Under the pieces are notes generated by a model. The model made no database searches, was not told where the DNA came from, and saw only the letters and a program-made list of their open reading frames with translations. A DNA stretch of 64,000 nucleotides from Veleropilina oligotropha. Taxonomy: Eukaryota. Numbering within the stretch: the first letter of the stretch is position 1; each line of letters starts with the position of its first letter. The position numbers were made by a program, and so were the translations under genes. This document shows positions 1 through 22,895 of the stretch, one piece after another. The DNA is taken from NCBI GenBank assembly GCA_048128005.1, contig JBEUKZ010000084.1, positions 186,001-250,000 of the forward strand, in the 5' to 3' direction.

Positions 1-1164
1 CTTCCGGCCTGACCCGTGCAGCTGATCGTCGTCGGTGACCCGCATGTCGATCCAAAGTGCGAACTTTTTCGTTAAGAGCTGGCCCAGGGTGACGTCTGCC
101 AGTTCCAAATCCTTGGCAACCAACGCCACCTCAGGATGCCGCTTGCTGATCGGGGAGGAGGCGAAGAATTTCGTGGCTTCCTCCCATACCTGGTACGAAC
201 GCATGCCCTGGCTGTAGATTTGGTTCGGGACCCCCTCGATGGTCACCTCGACCTTGGTGATTTTCGGATTGTACAATGCCTCGGTGTCCCTCGCGAATGG
301 TGCTGCGTCTCTCGCGGGGTCCTCAAACAGCAGTAGGATACCTTTCATGGACCTCGCCGGAACGTTCAGGTTCAGATTCCACAGCGTGTCGCTCTTGTCT
401 CGGGTGAGCTTACGATGCCGGAGCACACGGTCGTAGAGGATGGCGATGCGGCCCGAGTACTGGTTACGAATCAGCCTGGCCAGGTCGGCCTGGGTGACCA
501 TGTCGTATTCCAGGCTGATATTGTCAATGCTGTAGCTGGAACCGGGGTCATCGGTGTCCCTGATCGTCCGGCTGTGGTCGTTGAACGTGAGCTCATATTC
601 GAGACGGTCTCCCAGAGCGCTTTGGTAGAAGGGCATATGGCTTTCGAGAAGTTCGAAGTCCAGCGGGATGCGGAATCGAGGACCGTACGCGACCGAGATG
701 GCCACGTCCTCAGAAAGTCTGAAGGCGTCCGTAGCACCAACACGGAGCTTCGTAGTGTTTTGTCCGTCGCTGGTATCAATCCCCTGGTAGTGGGCGCTAC
801 TGCGTTCCTGGGGTGTCTTCCAGAGATCGCAGTAGCAGTGATACATGTCGGAATCGTCGATAGACATGATCTCGTTGCCGCTGATCTTGATCGTGGTCTT
901 TTTGACCACGGCGCGTCCGATGTTCTGCACTACGGATCTGTTCGGGTTAGCCGAGGTCAGAAAAATGGTGAATGCGAGGTGGGCAGTCCCTGGAACGATC
1001 ACGTCATGAGCACCGAGATTGGGAAACCTGACCAGCAGCTGCTGGTTTGCGGCGATGGTGGATGGATTGTTCGTTATGGTGACGGACTGGCGGGTACCCT
1101 TGACCCCAAGAGGCTCTCGCAGTCTGCGGTATGGATCAAGCTTGCGTCCGTAAAGGCTGGCCAT
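1..1164 (-). CDS. Major capsid protein (double jelly-roll type), copy A, C-terminus runs off the window
   Basis: ATG at 1164 (MASLYGRKLDPYRRLREPLGVKG...). Frame appears open to position 1 and aligns without indels to the 55051-56355 ORF of copy B. Missing from the ORF track because there is no stop inside the window. Confidence 0.8.
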   Translation of the reverse strand, partial: MASLYGRKLDPYRRLREPLGVKGTRQSVTITNNPSTIAANQQLLVRFPNLGAHDVIVPGTAHLAFTIFLTSANPNRSVVQNIGRAVVKKTTIKISGNEIMSIDDSDMYHCYCDLWKTPQERSSAHYQGIDTSDGQNTTKLRVGATDAFRLSEDVAISVAYGPRFRIPLDFELLESHMPFYQSALGDRLEYELTFNDHSRTIRDTDDPGSSYSIDNISLEYDMVTQADLARLIRNQYSGRIAILYDRVLRHRKLTRDKSDTLWNLNLNVPARSMKGILLLFEDPARDAAPFARDTEALYNPKITKVEVTIEGVPNQIYSQGMRSYQVWEEATKFFASSPISKRHPEVALVAKDLELADVTLGQLLTKKFALWIDMRVTDDDQLHGSGRK

Positions 1165-1207
1165 GTTGTTGTCCGTATTTGATGCGTACCCAGGCGGTAG
1201 TATTCAA

Positions 1208-2481
1208 ATGTCGGAATTCGAGAACCCCGTGTTCGAGCCCGACAACATCGACGAGGATGATGAGGTTGGATCCACAGACGGGATTGTGCCGGCGCCACAG
1301 GAAGGAACCAGCGGTCTTCGGCAAGAGCTCGTTCAGACAGCGGTGGATGACTACTACAAAGCCCTGTCGGAGGAGGGGCAAACCCCTGCCACGGGGCGTG
1401 ATTATGCCCAGTTCGATTACGTGGGGGGGCGATTGCAGCTGAAGGCCTATCCAGACATCGATCTCATCAATTCTAGCACCGGTAAGCCCAAGGCTCTGGC
1501 AACACTAGCTGGCCGGCGTGGTGGGGGTAGTGCCATCAGAGATGGGCTGGGTTTCGTAGACTGGAAGCGGGGGGAGGGGGGCAGAAGAAGCTGGCCTCAA
1601 AAGCCGTCGCAGTATTTCAGACAGCCGACAATGAGTTGAGCGGTGCGGCCGCCAACGTAGACAACGTGGAACTGCGGGACTTGGGGCGAACCGCTACAGA
1701 TGCGGCATCTGCAATCCACACAATGGAGATGACCTTCACAGATGCTGAGGTTGATGAGATCTTGAGCACGATGGGGGACCCCCCATTAAATCTTCGTGAG
1801 CTTCGCGGGCTGGACAAGGCGATGCAGACCATTCGAGGCGAGCTAACCAACAACCTGGCCAAACTAACGGCGTTGGACGAACACATAGAGCTGGAGAAGA
1901 GGAAGCTCGATCAGGCAGATGAAGGAGGTGTGGAGGAGTTCGTTCGTCAACGAATCGCAGAACGTCTGCACGACCTAAATGATGAACGAGCAGCCCACCT
2001 AGAGGCAGCTTCGTCCAGCCGGGATGCCCTTCGCTCTCAAATTAGCCGGATCCGAGAGATGATAAGTCGGATTCTCCACTCTGACACCACGCTGGCCGAG
2101 CGCATCCGGACCCTGTTTCGCGAACAGGGGGTCACAATCGTGACTATACTGACCGCGATTGGTATGTCCATCTCGACTCTGGTACTAGCCCTAACAGGCG
2201 GAGCGCCGAGCATCTCACCACCACCACCACCTTCCAGTGGTCAAGGCATGAAGGAGTGGGTCAAAAAGCACCTGCGGAACCTGGGTCGGATTCTGGGCAA
2301 ACTAGCGGGGAAGGTGGCAGCGGCACTCCCAGGCATGATTGGCAGCCTACTTTCCTGGCTCATCAACCTGGTCGGCAAGACAGCGTCGTGGCTTGCTGAG
2401 AACCTGTGGGCTGTGATTATATCTGTTGGGGGCTTGCTTCTTATGGCCGCTAGCCAGTTTGGGGTGCTGCCAGCCAAATAA
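1208..2481 (+). pseudogene. Coiled-coil plus C-terminal membrane-segment protein, copy A (frameshift in G-run near 1577-1581)
   Basis: ORFs 1163..1639 and 1636..2481 join into a homolog of the intact 441-aa ORF 56398..57723. Adding one G restores GQKKLASK. Confidence 0.8.
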
Positions 2482-3730
2482 ACGCTAGGCCAACGACAAC
2501 GGCACCCACGATAAGTGCGGTTTTCTCCTTGTCATGTGAGGCAGCCGCTGAAACAGCTGCCGCCTCATCGTTTGGATGCTTCGGTGCATCTGCCCGTAAG
2601 ACTGCGTCTTGTGGAATAACCAGTCCTTGTTCTCCAGTATCCCCAGTGGCGTTGGGTGGAACACTGGCCGCGTTGACGGTTGTATTAAGACCTAGTGTCT
2701 GGTCTTCCGTGGCAACGACGATTTCGTTGTTATACCCAGCCACCTGCCCTATTCGCAGGAGCATGTCACTTGGCGCCATGTACAGGCCAACGCCGAATAC
2801 GAAGTCTACCTTGGACCTGGCATACTGTAGCACCTCCTGGTACCGTTTGATTGCTGCTGGGAGGTCCACTGGGGACGAGATAGCGTCTTCCATGTTTGAC
2901 AGATACTGTTTCTGCGCGTCAAACGTGGTCCCACTACCCAGAATGCTTGCACGTGTTTGAGCCTGCGCTCCAAGAATCGCCCAGACGTAGGTCCTGATGG
3001 AGTCATTGAGCCACTCCACGCCGGCCCGGGTAAATCCCGCCGATTTGTCCAGAATAAAGGAAGCCCAGCCGTTTCCAAGCGCAGGCGCTTGCGCGATGTA
3101 GTCCACGTGCAGATTCGTGTTTGTCATACCTTTGGTGAAGGACATTCGACCGGGATCATACGCACGTCTGATGGAGTGGTAGCCGTTGTTCGTCCAGTAG
3201 TTGAAAGTGGTGCCGAGCCCTTTATTGGGACCCTCGACTCGCCAGTGGGTGTGTGGAGACACTCCAAATTCGCTGCAGATCTTTTCATATGCCCTTCGGT
3301 CATACGGGGTGTCGAATGCATCCCACGTCGTGTCTTGTGGCAGCGGCGCCTGAATTTCGGACAAGATCCTTCTGATCTGGTAGTAGACGTGGAAGGTGAA
3401 TACTGCTCTGGAGAGGGGGTCGGTCGCCTCCAAGTGGTCTTCTGCGGATACCCCGGAACCTGTTGTAGCACACCAGACTGCGAAATTGACCTTGTTCTGC
3501 CAAAACCGCATGGGCGTGCTGTCCCAAGCCTGTAGTAGCCGGTCACTCGCAACGTGAGGGAGGCGGTATTTTTGGAAGACGTCGGGGTAGTCTGCCCCGA
3601 ATGCCGGAGATTCAGACGAGGAGACAACGATGCTTGGTTTGGTAAGCTGCTCATCTTTGATCTTTGCCGGGTACACTACACCAGTCGGATAGGCCGCACT
3701 CCCATTAAACGCAAAGGCGCTCTTAGCCAT
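2450..3730 (-). CDS. Conserved viral protein of unknown function with C-terminal TM anchor (about 426 aa), copy A, intact
   Basis: Open frame from ATG 3730 (MAKSAF...) ending TALIVGAVVVGLAFIWLA; strongly conserved with 57716-59001 of copy B. Confidence 0.8.
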   Translation of the reverse strand: MAKSAFAFNGSAAYPTGVVYPAKIKDEQLTKPSIVVSSSESPAFGADYPDVFQKYRLPHVASDRLLQAWDSTPMRFWQNKVNFAVWCATTGSGVSAEDHLEATDPLSRAVFTFHVYYQIRRILSEIQAPLPQDTTWDAFDTPYDRRAYEKICSEFGVSPHTHWRVEGPNKGLGTTFNYWTNNGYHSIRRAYDPGRMSFTKGMTNTNLHVDYIAQAPALGNGWASFILDKSAGFTRAGVEWLNDSIRTYVWAILGAQAQTRASILGSGTTFDAQKQYLSNMEDAISSPVDLPAAIKRYQEVLQYARSKVDFVFGVGLYMAPSDMLLRIGQVAGYNNEIVVATEDQTLGLNTTVNAASVPPNATGDTGEQGLVIPQDAVLRADAPKHPNDEAAAVSAAASHDKEKTALIVGAVVVGLAFIWLAAPQTG

Positions 3731-3734
3731 AGCT

Positions 3735-4437
3735 ATGTTCCACACGGTAACGAGTGTTCAAGAGGGGACCGCGGTTGCCCTCCTGCAACCGATAGATAAC
3801 CGGGAAGGCAAGCTATGCGTCGGCCTGCGCTCGCTCGACTACTGGGTCGGCTGGCATAACGTGCACGCTGGAGCCTTCTTTAAGACCCCAGATACCACGG
3901 TGGAGGTGGCAGCAGGGTTCTACAGCTTCGATTCCCTCGCGAGGACTATGAAGAGGTCCCTAGCTAACATGCGGCTCGAGGTAAGCCGTGCTACCGGACT
4001 CGCGCAACTCGTTGTCCCAGAGGGGACTCGACTCGTGCTAAGCGACGATATACGGAAGCTCCTCGGCTTCAGCCTTTCAGTGTGGCTACTTATGACTTAT
4101 GACAAGAACAAGCCTGCCGGGTCGCTGCAATGGCTACGCCCCGGGACTTATGACGGGAACGAGCCTGTCGGGTTTGCTATTGCTGCGACCCTACACGTTC
4201 ACCTGGATCAGCTGTTCAACACACAATATGAAGGATGGCGGCCCTAGCAATATTCTCGCGGTGGTCCCCATAACGTCGCAGATGTTCGGTGAAGCTGCCC
4301 ACTATCATAGCTATCCAGACTTCCGGCGACTGCAGGCCGGGTCACTCACAGAATTGAAGGTGTACGTCACAGACCCAGATGGTAACCCGCTCGACAATCA
4401 CGGTATGCCGATATCCGCCGTCCTTGAGATACGATGA
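3735..4437 (+). pseudogene. Minor capsid (penton-like single jelly-roll) protein, copy A, frameshift near 4210-4220
   Basis: ORFs 3735..4247 and 4099..4437 together match the intact 59006..59746 ORF; C-terminal ELKVYVTDPDGNPLDNHG motif resembles Polinton minor capsid proteins. Confidence 0.7.
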
Positions 4438-4787
4438 GCAGCATCTATGGGACCCTCCCCCTTCTCGCAGAAGAGCCTTCAGCGGCCCAGTGGCACTTTG
4501 TTCTTAGTTGTGGGGAAGCGCCCAAGAAGGGGCTGGCGAGGAGGGAGTTTATGATCCCAAACGCTGGAGGTCGGTTTGGGTTGAACCCAGCCCTTCTAAT
4601 GATCCACATGACGCCGGTCCAGCCGGCCGGGGGGGCTCCCAAAGCCTGTTCCATAAATAAACTTGGCCTGGACTCGGACAAGTTGACCCTCGCCTTTACC
4701 ATCAAGGCCCCCTGGGTGAACACCCTTTATTTGAACGTTACGGTAGACATTCGGAATCAACAGGCTGAACAGTACAGCTACGTGTAA
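4434..4787 (+). CDS. Hypothetical 117-aa viral protein (beta-rich), copy A
   Basis: Intact ORF, nearly identical protein to 59743..60090; ATGA and TAATG overlaps with neighbours. Confidence 0.75.
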   Translation: MSSIYGTLPLLAEEPSAAQWHFVLSCGEAPKKGLARREFMIPNAGGRFGLNPALLMIHMTPVQPAGGAPKACSINKLGLDSDKLTLAFTIKAPWVNTLYLNVTVDIRNQQAEQYSYV

Positions 4788-5434
4788 TGGACAAACCCAC
4801 GCCGCCATCAGCGCCAATGCTATACCCACAACTTGATGGCAGGCCTGGCGATGTGCTTTCGGAAGTTCTGGAGGCACAGTCTTTCCGACTACAGAAAGTG
4901 AATGAGCTTCAGGGACAGCTAGAATGAGAGAGGGACACATGGGCTGCCCTGTACAAGAAGTACCGAAGAGGCGTGAATGTCATCGACGGGGTGGATTCGG
5001 CCCTTGTCGTCGCCACCCTTGGTATGGGTAGCGCCGGCATTGGTCTACTGTCCACGATCGTTGCGGCACCTGTGGTCCTAGTGCTGGAATTAGCGGCGTT
5101 GGGGTGTGGGCTCGCGAGTATGGGTGGGAAATATGTGTCCCGCCGCCTCCAAGTGAAGGCTAAGAAGCACGACGAGATCCGAGTACTGGCCGAGAGCAAG
5201 CTGAACACAATCAGCGACCACGTCTCAAAGGCCTTATCGGACGGGGAGATGTCTGATGATGAGTTCAAACTGGTCACAGATGAGATGGCCAAATATCGGA
5301 CAATGAAGGCCACAGTTCGCCTCAAAAGTCTAAAGGCGCACACCGTGGTTTCACAGACCCAAAGCGAGCTTATAGAGCGCAGACGTAAAGAGGGACGCGC
5401 GGAGCTACTGAAAAAAATCGGGGCTGGAGAATAA
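4787..5434 (+). pseudogene. Coiled-coil/TM protein with PSAP + LYPQL motifs, copy A, nonsense codon at 4925-4927
   Basis: ATG 4787 reads MDKPTPPSAPMLYPQL...QGQLE*; TGA stands where copy B has AGA, and the frame continues as ORF 4973..5434. Confidence 0.8.
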
Positions 5435-5525
5435 CCCTTCAGGTGGAGCATAGCCACGACTTCCCGGGCCCCCCCCCCTCCCCCGTATTAAAGCTTAGGA
5501 CTCAGACAGTGATATCTGGACAGCC

Positions 5526-5907
5526 ATGAAATCCATGCTAATTCTGTGCATTGCCACGGTGTGCTGGCTAGCGGGTGCCACCCACCCCCCCACACTCGTG
5601 GGCCAGGTACCGGAACCACCCCCTGTACAATAGAAGGTACGACCACTTGCGGATAAACTTGCTACGGGACCCACCTCCAGTTCGGGCACCCTCGTGCCAC
5701 TACTATATTACCGATGGAGAGAATGCCTGTGGCCCCGACCCAAATACTGTTGTTTGCATTGAATGCGCTGAGCCGTCACTATGTCGTGGTAAACATGGGC
5801 ACTATTTCTCAATGTTGTCTACCAGCTGCGGGGGTGCGTGGAGTCAGATAGGACATATCTCGCCCTGCAACTGCACACTAGCCAGCGGGAATTACATATT
5901 TATCTAA
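5526..5907 (+). pseudogene. Secreted cysteine-rich small protein, copy A (frameshift near C-run 5579-5591)
   Basis: Signal-peptide-like MKSMLILCIATVCWLAGA at 5526 is out of frame with the Cys-rich ORF 5575..5907; homolog at 60803-61233. Confidence 0.65.
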
Positions 5908-6623
5908 CTGCTGGGTATTCCTCGCCCTCAAACATATTTTCCGGGTTCCCCAACGTATATTAATATCCCAGTCGGCCGTCGGCTGTTGTTTACACTGCGT
6001 GTGCTTTACAAATACCTCGCCGGCGTGTATCAATGGTATTGTTGCTGTACAAATACCTCGCCGCTATCAATGGTATTGTTTAAGGTTGCATCCTGGTTGC
6101 GTCTATTCATAGCTTATCGGTGTTATGAATCGCTAGTCGCTTTTGTTTGGTCCCGCATTCACTGAGTTGGCCTCCGTTTTCAGTGCGCTAAATTGCTAGC
6201 TCAACACTAAAACTGTCAAGAAAGTTTTGAATTTACAAATTTCTTGACGAGAAATGTTTTCCTTGACAGTTTTAGTGTTGAGTCATCCCCATGAGTCGAC
6301 ATTTTCTGTGTTGACAGTTTCTGTGTCTCGACACTGATACAAACACAAGCCAATAAGGGCTATTCATAGACGCGGCATGAATAGACTCAGGGACAATAGC
6401 GCGTGGTGATAAGGCAGCAGGCTATGAATACACGCGTGAGAGACAACAGCAGACGGCCGAACGGGCCGGCGAGGGTAACGGGCCCCCCGGGGGGAACGGG
6501 GGGAAGTCCCTACGGGCTCATACTACCAACATAGGCCCAAAATAGCAGCCCGGCGAAGGCTACAGGACATCGGCCTGGCCGCTATTTCGGTTGGTGACAC
6601 GCTCCCGCGACCACCAACGGATA

Positions 6624-6857
6624 TCACAGAGGGTCCGCCTTTGGACGACGGTGATTGTGTAAAACTCCCTTGTTACCGTCTTTGGTCTTCCTCTTAAAGA
6701 CCGCCTGGTCACCATCGTCAAGTTCAACAATCAAAACGTCGTAGCCTGTGTTTAGGAGGTTTCTAATGCGCCTGGAGCTCCCTTCGCCGTGCAGCGTAGG
6801 AACGTCTTCGGCGATGATGCTGTCAACGAGCTGCTGGTGGTTCGACTTGTCGGACAT
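6624..6857 (-). CDS. Hypothetical 77-aa protein specific to copy A
   Basis: ATG-initiated ORF with globular-looking composition next to the terminal repeat; no counterpart at the right end of copy B. Confidence 0.4.
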   Translation of the reverse strand: MSDKSNHQQLVDSIIAEDVPTLHGEGSSRRIRNLLNTGYDVLIVELDDGDQAVFKRKTKDGNKGVLHNHRRPKADPL

Positions 6858-7000
6858 AGTGTTGGGTCGGGGTCGGATACGGGATACTCAAGAGTATTCA
6901 ACTTGGAGTTTGCCGGGCTTCAATTTTTGGCGCTCCGCCCGGACGGCCGATAAAAAAAACCTCCGCCCTAACGAAAAAACGACCCCTGCCCTGATCAGAC

Positions 7001-7169
7001 GGGGGTGGGAGCCTCCCCCCGGGGACCCGGGCCCCCCCCTCCCCGGACTAGTCTAAACTTCCCTGGGGGTATATATTACGAGCCCCTCAGTTCTGAAATA
7101 TAGCTGGGAGCCTCCCCGGTCGCCCCGGGCCCCCCCTAACTTAGTCTAAAACCCCCTAGCCCCCCCCCC
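7001..7169. repeat. Right terminal repeat of copy A (part alignable to the copy B TIR)
   Basis: Shares GGGGTATATATTACGAGCCCC, GCTGGGA.CCTCCCCGGTCGCCC and AAAACCCCCTAG(C)n blocks with 61900-62040. Confidence 0.85.
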
Positions 7170-7409
7170 ATGTTCTACAGATGAACGCCATCACGACACT
7201 CCCTTGGTCAGATCTGCTCACTCGTCTCCTTGGTCCGCCATGAATCCACAAACATCTGAGACATGATCCTGAGCTGAAAGATGATCAACCAACGGTCAAT
7301 CTGCAAGAGCCGGAACAATGTCCGCACAGAAAATGACAATTTTACCCAAGAACGACATTTGACTGTTATATTACTGGAGGCACGAGGAGGAGGATTAGGT
7401 TTGACATTG

Positions 7410-7515
7410 TCGCACCTGAGATAGACTGATCCCATTTTTTACCGGTGCTGGAATATTCTTTCTCGCACCTGAGATAGATTGATCCCATTTTTTACCGGTG
7501 CTGGAAAATTCTATC
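7410..7515. repeat. Tandem duplication, about 53 bp x2
   Basis: TCGCACCTGAGATAGA.TGATCCCATTTTTTACCGGTGCTGGAA occurs twice head to tail. Confidence 0.85.
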
Positions 7516-8078
7516 TCGACCACTTTGTATTCATACACAAATGCTGTCTAGCACACTTTGTATTCCTACGCACGTCGTCTGCAATGTTTGGAAACAAAAA
7601 TGGCGGATCGAAACATAAACACCCACGTACTGGGGCTAACATCTCTCTATATATCGCATTAAATCGCGCATGTACGCTACACCCGAAACACCAAACCGAT
7701 GTCCCATAACTATCTACAAAACTTACCATCGCTTTAGACCTGCAGACTACTCCAATGCTGAAAATTCATTCTACATAGCTAAAACTAGCGTGAAAATCCC
7801 GGCAAAGCACATTGTCCGCTTGATGTAAACAAATTTAAATGCACCATGAAGCGTATGGCAGCAAATACGAACATAATAATTACAGATCGATCCACGCTTC
7901 ACAAACATTTCTGTCAGAATGCACGTATGATAAAAATTTATGAAAAATCAAGTCCCAGGCAGACACGCAGATCGACAGCAACTAAATTATAAACTGACAA
8001 CATTGCCTCTGAAAAGTGACGTCACTTCTTGTCAGCTTAATAGTTCGAGCGTTTTTAATGTACGTTATGATTTTAAAT

Positions 8079-9607
8079 AGTAACGCAATTTTTGTTGATA
8101 TTGGAGAGTATTTTATTTTATAATTGTTGATTTTTCCATAAAATAACATTTCATTTGCTCGACAGGGGATACAAAACAATGGACAATTACAGCTTATTGT
8201 GTTCACGTTAATTTCACGCTTTTACAGTCACTGATCTCTATCTCAGCGTCAGTAACGTGTGTGGCCTCCACGAGCGTCAATTACAGCCTGGCAGCGGTGC
8301 ATCATTGAGGCCACCAGGCGGTTCACAAGGGCCATGTCCAGCTGGAGCCAGGCCTCCCTGATGGCTTCACGCAGCTCTTCTTCAGTTGTTGGCCTTGGCT
8401 GTATGCGGTTTAGCTCCCTTTGAAGAGCATCCCATAAATGTTCAATGGGGTTGATGTCAGGGCTTAGGGAAGGCCAGGGCATCACAGTGATGTTGTGTTG
8501 GCGAAGAAGGTCTGTTGTTACACGTGCAGTGTGCGGGCGAGCATTGTCCTGCTGCAGAACAAGAAGCTGGCGGCATCGGAAATATGGCACCACTTCAGGC
8601 TGCAACACCTGGTCAATGTAGCGTTGGGAATTTACACCTTGTCCGCGCCCAGCACCAACATTTTCAAACACCACTGGGCCAAGCAGATGGTTGCGGCCCA
8701 TGCCAGCCCAAATCATGATGCTTGGCCCGCCCCATGGGTTATGCTGCTGGACATGGTTGGCGTCATGTCTGGTGTTCCGGCGACGCCAGACCCTAAGGCG
8801 GCCATCTGCATGGCTGATGCAGAAACGGCTCTCATCAGTGAAGAGAAATGTTGCTCCACCGGCGGCAGTCCCAGTTGACATGCTCCTCTGCCCACTTCAG
8901 CCGTTGCTGACGGTGTCTCTGTGGCAGCATTGGACCTCGAGCTGGACGCCGGCACTGCATATTTCTTTCACAAAGTCTTCGACGTACAGTATCGCTGCTG
9001 ACTGGTTGCTGATGCCGCCCAATTGTCTCTCGAGCAGTTTCTGCAGCAGACAGAAGGGGATTTCGCAGGTGCTGGCGGTAGATCCCTCGATCTTGCCGGG
9101 GTGTTGTAATGCGGCGCCGACCGCTTCTTGCAAGGTCGGCCGTGGAGCCAGTGTCTTCAAATCGTTGGCGTAGACGGCAGATGGTAGAGGCTGTCACTCC
9201 CAATGCATTTGCGACGATGTGCGGCCTCTCTACAGCTTGCAAACGTCCTATGGCTCTTTCCCTCTCTGCAGCCGTGAGTCGTGGCATGGCTATAACGCGT
9301 TTCAGACTGCCTAGACTGGCTGCTGTCTGGTCGCCTTTTATTCCTACACTACTGTGAACAGTGATCAGTGAAACAAAAGATTTGCTTTACTTTTCTTTTG
9401 TGCTCTGTGATCAGTAACCTTCTTTTTCCTTTGTTAGGGCATGGCTTCGGTGCCTTTCTCATTTTTCACGTGATTTGCACTGTCAGTGTGAAACTAACAT
9501 CGGTGAACAAGTATTCAGTGCAAAGTTGGCTTTTCAAAGCAAATTTGATAACAAAATCAGGTTAAAACGACCTTTCTGTAAAATTGCGTTACTTTTGCTG
9601 TTCAGTA
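8079..9607 (-). mobile_element. Tc1/mariner (DD34E) DNA transposon, one TIR truncated
   Basis: Right end AAAATTGCGTTACTTTTGCTGTTCAGTA|TA; left remnant AGTAACGCAATTTT; transposase inside. Confidence 0.85.
8249..9287 (-). pseudogene. Tc1 transposase with one +1 frameshift near 8846-8848
   Basis: N-terminal HTH and GRRRIT motif in ORF 8835..9287; FTDESRF, QQDNARPH and SPDINPIEHLW in ORF 8249..8881, with 34 residues between the second D and E. Confidence 0.92.
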
Positions 9608-11230
9608 TATTTAGCGTTTTGTTGACTTTTTCAATTATTAATATTTTAAAGTTACTAATGAAATTGAGTAAATATTTATTCCATAAGTACGGAACTATAT
9701 TTGATTGCGTCATAACAACAGCTGGTGAGTGATCTATAACATATGAGACCGGGTTGACGTGCCTTCCCAACCCTAGCTCATATCTCCCAAGCACCATTTA
9801 TGACGAGCAGGTTCCCGACGAAATCCGTCGGGAACGGTTTTTGATCAAATTACTTATTAACAATACAGTGAAACAAACAGTAAATACATAAATTGTATAA
9901 ATATGCATGAATATACACATACCTGTTAGTTTTATTGATTTTGTTGTTATAATGTATGATAAAACAGCATTATTTGTCAATGTTTAACCGTCAAACTTGT
10001 TGACGGTATTTTCCTCCTCGGTCGTGCCATCTATACGAAGAATAGGCTCATGATTTTGATTGGTGGATTTAATGAAAACGTAACGCTAGCGTCCCAAAAT
10101 AGCGACCGTCTTCTGTTTACATTGTGAAAGTTAAAAACCATCCGTTTTGTGTTCCAACATAGCTTTTCGGTGTTAAGGTAACAAAATTGGGGCAGCATGT
10201 GATGAAATTTGGTATAAAGGAACATATACCGATGCAAGTAAGTGATAAACTGTAGTTACTTTATTGAAATTTAGTATTTTTCGCCACTGGACGTGATTTT
10301 CACCTTCAGATTATTCTGCGGTGAGAAATTTTAGCTCAGCCGTTAGAGTTTGATATTAGGAACTATAGCAGGCTTTAACGTTGTTGGGGTAGTGAGTGAT
10401 TGAGCTTTTGTAATACTTGTACTGGTATAGCGTGGTATGCAAGGTAAACAAATATCGAAATAGCCTTAAAAAGTAACATCACCTCATGCACATAGTGTCA
10501 TTGTGATAGTTCGAGCTTTTTATTATCCTATGTTATGAATTTAAATATTTTACAATTATTATTATTTAATAATACTAAAGAATTGAATAAATATTTATTC
10601 CATAAGTACGCAATTATATTTGATTGCGTCGGAAGAACTACTGGTGAGTGATTGGATTATTTGAATACGTAACGTAAACACATATGAAAATAACCTTTTC
10701 AGCTTTTTGAGGTGCGAGAAAAATAATCAAGCCCCACATTTGAGTTTTAGATAGTGAAATATCAGTCTCGGGTGTGATGAGTAGGTGCAACCTCGGCTAA
10801 CGCCTCTGTTGTGATTTGTTGCACCATCCCACCCTCAACTGATATTTCTCTATCTGGAACTCAATGTGGTGCTTGATTCGGGTATATGGCGGACCTACAC
10901 GGTAATTACCGATTGCGTCACAGAAAGTTTTTCCGGGCATCGTTTCAAACAAAACCTGCTGCTTATACCCTAGTGACAAGCCTCAATTATTTCTAACAAA
11001 AAAATAGCTGACCTATCTCATCTTAACTGCAATGCCTTCTTTAGTGGACTACATATCACTAAATGTTGTTCGACCATTTGACAAAAAACATTAAAATAAT
11101 ATAATATTATTTTCTATAATATAAAAGTAGTAGCATTTCAATAGTTGTCTATTGCTTAATGTTATGTCGTTTTAAAAGCAACATCTTTAAGAAGCAGATA
11201 CTATTATATTACGTCTTATTTTCGACATAG

Positions 11231-22895
<11,665 letters not shown>

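Larger units (their letters stand above)
1..7169. mobile_element. Endogenous Polinton/adintovirus-like element, copy A (right half only; left part lies outside the window)
   Basis: Colinear with 55192-62040 of copy B, with the same gene order (MCP, coiled-coil/TM, 431-aa, penton, 117-aa, PSAP/LYPxL, secreted protein). Ends in a TIR-homologous segment ...AAAACCCCCTAG(C)10 at 7169, followed by an abrupt change to host-like DNA. Confidence 0.92.

Noticed and set aside
415..1182. 255-aa plus-strand ORF and similar long antisense ORFs (2957..3535, 48387..49058, 54432..55067)
   Set aside because: Shadows of real genes on the opposite strand in GC-rich DNA; the equivalents in the other copy are broken by stops where a comparison is possible.
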